A stretch of DNA of 29,795 nt, taken from the NCBI GenBank assembly GCA_023150835.1, contig JAKLKB010000006.1, forward strand, positions 62,001 through 91,795. The letters run 5' to 3'. The translations under genes and the position numbers were made by a program. The notes below the pieces were generated by a model. The model did no database searches. It was not told where the DNA came from and was given only the letters and a program-made list of their open reading frames with translations. Source of the stretch: Myxococcota bacterium (GTDB lineage: Bacteria > Myxococcota_C > UBA6777). Shown piece after piece: positions 27,137-29,795 of the stretch (position 1 is the first letter of the stretch; each line of letters opens with the position of its first letter).

Positions 27137-27730
27137 CTATTCGCATTTTTGCGGGAGTCCAGCATCTGTGAGGGATTTTTCGAGCAAGGGGAGGAGGTTT
27201 CTTTGGGTCGCGGCTTGACGAAGGTAGGCGAGATCGAGGTGGGAGGCTTGGACTTGGAGGACGCCGAGGATGTCGTGCCACTGCCGCTCAGAGACACCAC
27301 CACCCATCCGGAACCAACGGAGCTTGTGCAGGATGGTATCTTCGGGACTTGCGAGGTAGAGGGCGGTGGAGGTGGTTTCATCGAGGAGGACACGCTGACG
27401 GCGTTTCATCTCTTCGATGGCTTCGGGGGTTTGAGGCATAATAAAGATGTCGGCTTTGAACATGGTGGCGAGGTGGATGACGTTGAAAGAAGAAGTCCGC
27501 TGGATGGCTTCTTTGATCAGATCGGCGTCGATGTAAAATGCGGACTGGAGGAGTTTGACGAGTGCGGGGATGTGTCGAAGTTCGAGGGCAGCGACGAAAT
27601 CGACGTCTTGGGTGGAGCGAGGGATTCCGTGCATTGAACTTGCCAAGGAGCCGCCGACAAGGTATTCCACGCCCAAACGATCGAAGGCTTCGGCAAGAAG
27701 AAGAGATATCTCGATGGTTTCTGTTTGCAT
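27137..27730 (-). CDS. Nucleotidyltransferase, MenT1/AbiEii-like putative toxin
   Basis: Pol-beta-superfamily motif YLVGGSLASSMHGIPRSTQDVDFV, plus ADIF, ASPEDTILHKL and RQWHDI. The ATG lies 2 nt after the upstream stop. Confidence 0.8.
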   Translation of the reverse strand: MQTETIEISLLLAEAFDRLGVEYLVGGSLASSMHGIPRSTQDVDFVAALELRHIPALVKLLQSAFYIDADLIKEAIQRTSSFNVIHLATMFKADIFIMPQTPEAIEEMKRRQRVLLDETTSTALYLASPEDTILHKLRWFRMGGGVSERQWHDILGVLQVQASHLDLAYLRQAATQRNLLPLLEKSLTDAGLPQKCE

Positions 27731-27732
27731 GA

Positions 27733-27993
27733 TCAGTAGCCTTGCTGTTGGAGATCCCATTGAAAGACTTGGCGCATGAGATCAGCAGGGAGCCACAAGG
27801 CAGCAAGGCGAAGTTGTTGCTCGTTTTCGGAGGCTTGGGGGTGTTGTTGTCGGATGCGCACTAAGGCCATCTGTCGAACAGTCCGGTTGAGATCACAAAG
27901 GCGCTTCCATTTTTGTTGGGGAGTCATGGCGCGGTAGCCTTCGACGAGGAAGGCGTGCATCTTGGGATCCGTGTCTGGCGACAAAGGTTTCAT
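27733..27993 (-). CDS. Small (86 aa) helical protein, MenA1-like putative antitoxin
   Basis: MKPLSPDTDP...YRAMTPQQKWKRLCDLNRTVRQMALVRIRQQHPQASENEQQLRLAALW; tightly coupled to the nucleotidyltransferase. Confidence 0.72.
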   Translation of the reverse strand: MKPLSPDTDPKMHAFLVEGYRAMTPQQKWKRLCDLNRTVRQMALVRIRQQHPQASENEQQLRLAALWLPADLMRQVFQWDLQQQGY

Positions 27994-28073
27994 CGAAAAC
28001 CCCGTTGGTAAGGATGGAGAGGTTGTAGAACATCTCAAACGGTAGCCACTTTTTCTCAAGTGTCGAGACCTCT

Positions 28074-28114
28074 CCGCCTCTGGAGTGTCTGCGTCCTTTT
28101 GGGTGGTGAAGAAG
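28074..28114 (+). repeat. 41-bp direct repeat D, copy 2
   Basis: CCGCCTCTGGAGTGTCTGCGTCCTTTTGGGTGGTGAAGAAG. Confidence 0.85.
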
Positions 28115-28402
28115 TCTGTTGGTAGCGTGGGATTTGGTTGAGCGATTGTGAAGAGGGGTGGCACGAAGCGTTGGAGTGAGGACAAAAAAGACTCGGATGA
28201 AGCTTTCTTTCGTGATAAAAGCAATGTTGTTGGCTGTATTCGGAGATGGGTGTTCTTTGGGAGGCTGAAAGGGCGACGTCGTGGAAACAAAGCAGATCGA
28301 TGTGCGAGATATTCCATTGCATCTTTCCGAAGTGTTGGATTGGGTGCGTCATGGGACAGAAGTTCTTTTGATGGATTCTCGTTGGACAAACGGGAGGGAT
28401 AT

Positions 28403-28918
28403 ATGCGGCGGGTGGTAGCGTGGGATGAGACGCATGGGGTAGCCTTTAGCGAGCATCTGGATCTCGTTTTGGTGGAGATGCCAAAGTTCTCACAGGCGGA
28501 TCTTTTGAAGGTGTCGGATGATCGAGAACGTTGGTTGTGTTTTTTGAAGGAGGGTCAGACAATGGCAACGGATGTGGTGGAACGATGGAAGACGCCAGAG
28601 ATTATCGAAGCGATGGAAGAGTTGAAGAAGCTCTCGAATGATCGAGCGTGGCGAGAAGGCTACAACGACCGCGAGAAGGCGCTTCGCGATTACATCTCGA
28701 TGGTGAAGGAAAGCTACCAAGAAGGTCGAGAAGAAGGGCGAGAAGAAGGGCGAGAAGAAGGGCGAGAAGAAGAAAAGCGGGAAATGGCGTTACGGCTGCT
28801 GGAGATGGGACTGGGGATGGAGCAGATCACGAAAGTGACGGGGCTGGCGGCGGAAGCGGTAGCGAAGCTGCAAGCGCAAGCGGTGGGAGAACCTACAGCG
28901 ATGAAGGAAGAAGGCTGA
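28403..28918 (+). CDS. Rpn/PD-(D/E)XK_2-family protein, C-terminal half only (truncated; possibly a pseudogene or an antitoxin-like product)
   Basis: Motifs LVEMPKF, RWLCFLK, EIIEAMEELKKLS, EGREEGREEGREEG and MALRLLEMGLGMEQITKVTGL. GGGAGG before ATG 28403. The N-terminal nuclease motifs are absent. Confidence 0.75.
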   Translation: MRRVVAWDETHGVAFSEHLDLVLVEMPKFSQADLLKVSDDRERWLCFLKEGQTMATDVVERWKTPEIIEAMEELKKLSNDRAWREGYNDREKALRDYISMVKESYQEGREEGREEGREEGREEEKREMALRLLEMGLGMEQITKVTGLAAEAVAKLQAQAVGEPTAMKEEG

Positions 28919-29016
28919 TCTGAGGGTGACGGAATAGGACGGGAGGGGTATCTGTAGAACGTTTAAGCGGTGAAAAGGTGCGTCTGCAAACCGTTGGAGC
29001 GGGGGAAAGCGGGCGG

Positions 29017-29045
29017 TTGAAACACTGCGGATAGAGCGGTATCTT
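29017..29045 (+). promoter_or_regulatory. Putative sigma70 promoter of the phd-vapC operon
   Basis: TTGAAA-N17-TATCTT, ending about 35 nt before the start codon. Confidence 0.45.
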
Positions 29046-29080
29046 TGGGAGAGAGAAGAGCAGCAAAGGAGGTTGGAGAG

Positions 29081-29335
29081 ATGGGAAAGATGTGGGCGTT
29101 ACAAGAAGCGAAGCACAAGCTAGGGCAGTTGGTGGAAGAGGCACAAACAGAAGGGCCGCAGATCATTACAAAGCGAGGGGTAGAGGCAGCGGTGGTGATG
29201 TCTTATGCGGAGTATCGGAAGCTAAAGAAGCCAAGACAGGGGCTTGTTGATTTCTTTCGTTCCTCTCCTTTGATGGAGGTGGAGTTGGATCTTCAACGCG
29301 AAGTGACGCCAGAACGCGAAGACATCGAGCTATGA
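29081..29335 (+). CDS. Phd/YefM-family antitoxin
   Basis: WALQEAKHKLGQLVEEAQTEGPQIITKRGVEAAVVMS. AGGAGG RBS. ATGA overlap with the toxin. Confidence 0.92.
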   Translation: MGKMWALQEAKHKLGQLVEEAQTEGPQIITKRGVEAAVVMSYAEYRKLKKPRQGLVDFFRSSPLMEVELDLQREVTPEREDIEL

Positions 29336-29760
29336 TCTACCTTTTGGATACCAACGTGATTTCAGAGGTCTTGGCAAAGCAGCCGAATCCAGATGTGTTG
29401 GCGTGGTTGGAGAGCCAACCCCCAGAGGCGATACGTTTAAGCGTGGTAACGCTGGGAGAATTGCAAAAGGGTGTGGTTCGTTTGGAGGAGGGTGAGCGCA
29501 AAAGGCGGTTGCAAGGGTGGTTGCATCAGGAGCTTTTGGAAGAATTTGAAGGACGGCTCTTGGTGATTGATGCAGAGGTTTGTTTGATTTGGGGTGAGAT
29601 GGTGGGGCGTTGTAGCAAAGAGGGTCGTGTACTTGCAGCGTTGGATTCTTTGCTTGCAGCTTCGGCTCTGCGTTATGGGTGTACGCTTGTGACGCGAAAC
29701 GAGAGGGATTTTGTAGGGACGGGCGTTCTGCTTTTCAATCCGTGGAGTCTCCGTGGATAG
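29332..29760 (+). CDS. vapC: VapC-family PIN-domain toxin
   Basis: Motifs YLLDTNVISE, SVVTLGEL, DSLLAASAL and LVTRNERDF. Confidence 0.94.
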   Translation: MIYLLDTNVISEVLAKQPNPDVLAWLESQPPEAIRLSVVTLGELQKGVVRLEEGERKRRLQGWLHQELLEEFEGRLLVIDAEVCLIWGEMVGRCSKEGRVLAALDSLLAASALRYGCTLVTRNERDFVGTGVLLFNPWSLRG

Positions 29761-29795
29761 CATGAGATTTGGTTGAGTGATGCGGGGGGGATGGG

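Noticed and set aside
27994-28402. Upstream extensions of ORFs 27733..28389 (minus) and 28148..28918 (plus)
   Set aside because: They overlap each other, the minus one also crosses repeat D, and neither looks protein-like. Better starts are at 27993 and 28403.
28403-28918. Active transposase responsible for the MITEs
   Set aside because: Rpn-family proteins are often labelled transposases, but this copy lacks the catalytic domain and the family is not known to mobilise TIR elements.

Overview
GC-rich bacterial window, probably from a Myxococcota-like deltaproteobacterium. This is inferred from the TraB-like OmpA/TSP3 protein, the Cys-rich lipoprotein, and the PP2C, RRM and FGE-domain proteins. 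The left half (minus strand) holds a DUF3857-like lipoprotein that runs off the left edge and is missed by the ORF track (1..1329), an OmpA-family TSP3-repeat protein, a long-type urocanate hydratase (hutU), a membrane PP2C phosphatase with a repeat tail, a MoxR AAA ATPase, an RRM RNA-binding protein with an apparent ~410-nt leader, and an unusual 1381-aa class A PBP. The right half (mostly plus strand) holds a stand-alone E2 acyltransferase catalytic domain, a TPR-like/MFP/RND operon with a 3x69-bp repeat at the MFP-RND junction, and a Cys-rich Ig lipoprotein. It ends in an accessory region with an FGE-sulfatase (CLec-fold) protein, a MenA1/MenT1-like nucleotidyltransferase pair, an N-truncated Rpn-family gene and a Phd-VapC pair. 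The most striking unannotated signal is in the intergenic DNA, much of which is a mosaic of small structured repeat families. These are a ~125-140-nt multi-hairpin element with compensatory changes (5 full and 3 partial copies), TAGGACTTACGCA-ended elements, a TACGAAATCCG-ended ~112-bp MITE with TGA target duplications, GTAG-type REPs and CCCTC-type REPs. No transposase, reverse transcriptase, CRISPR array, tRNA or rRNA was seen. All family calls are by eye from motifs; no searches were run.
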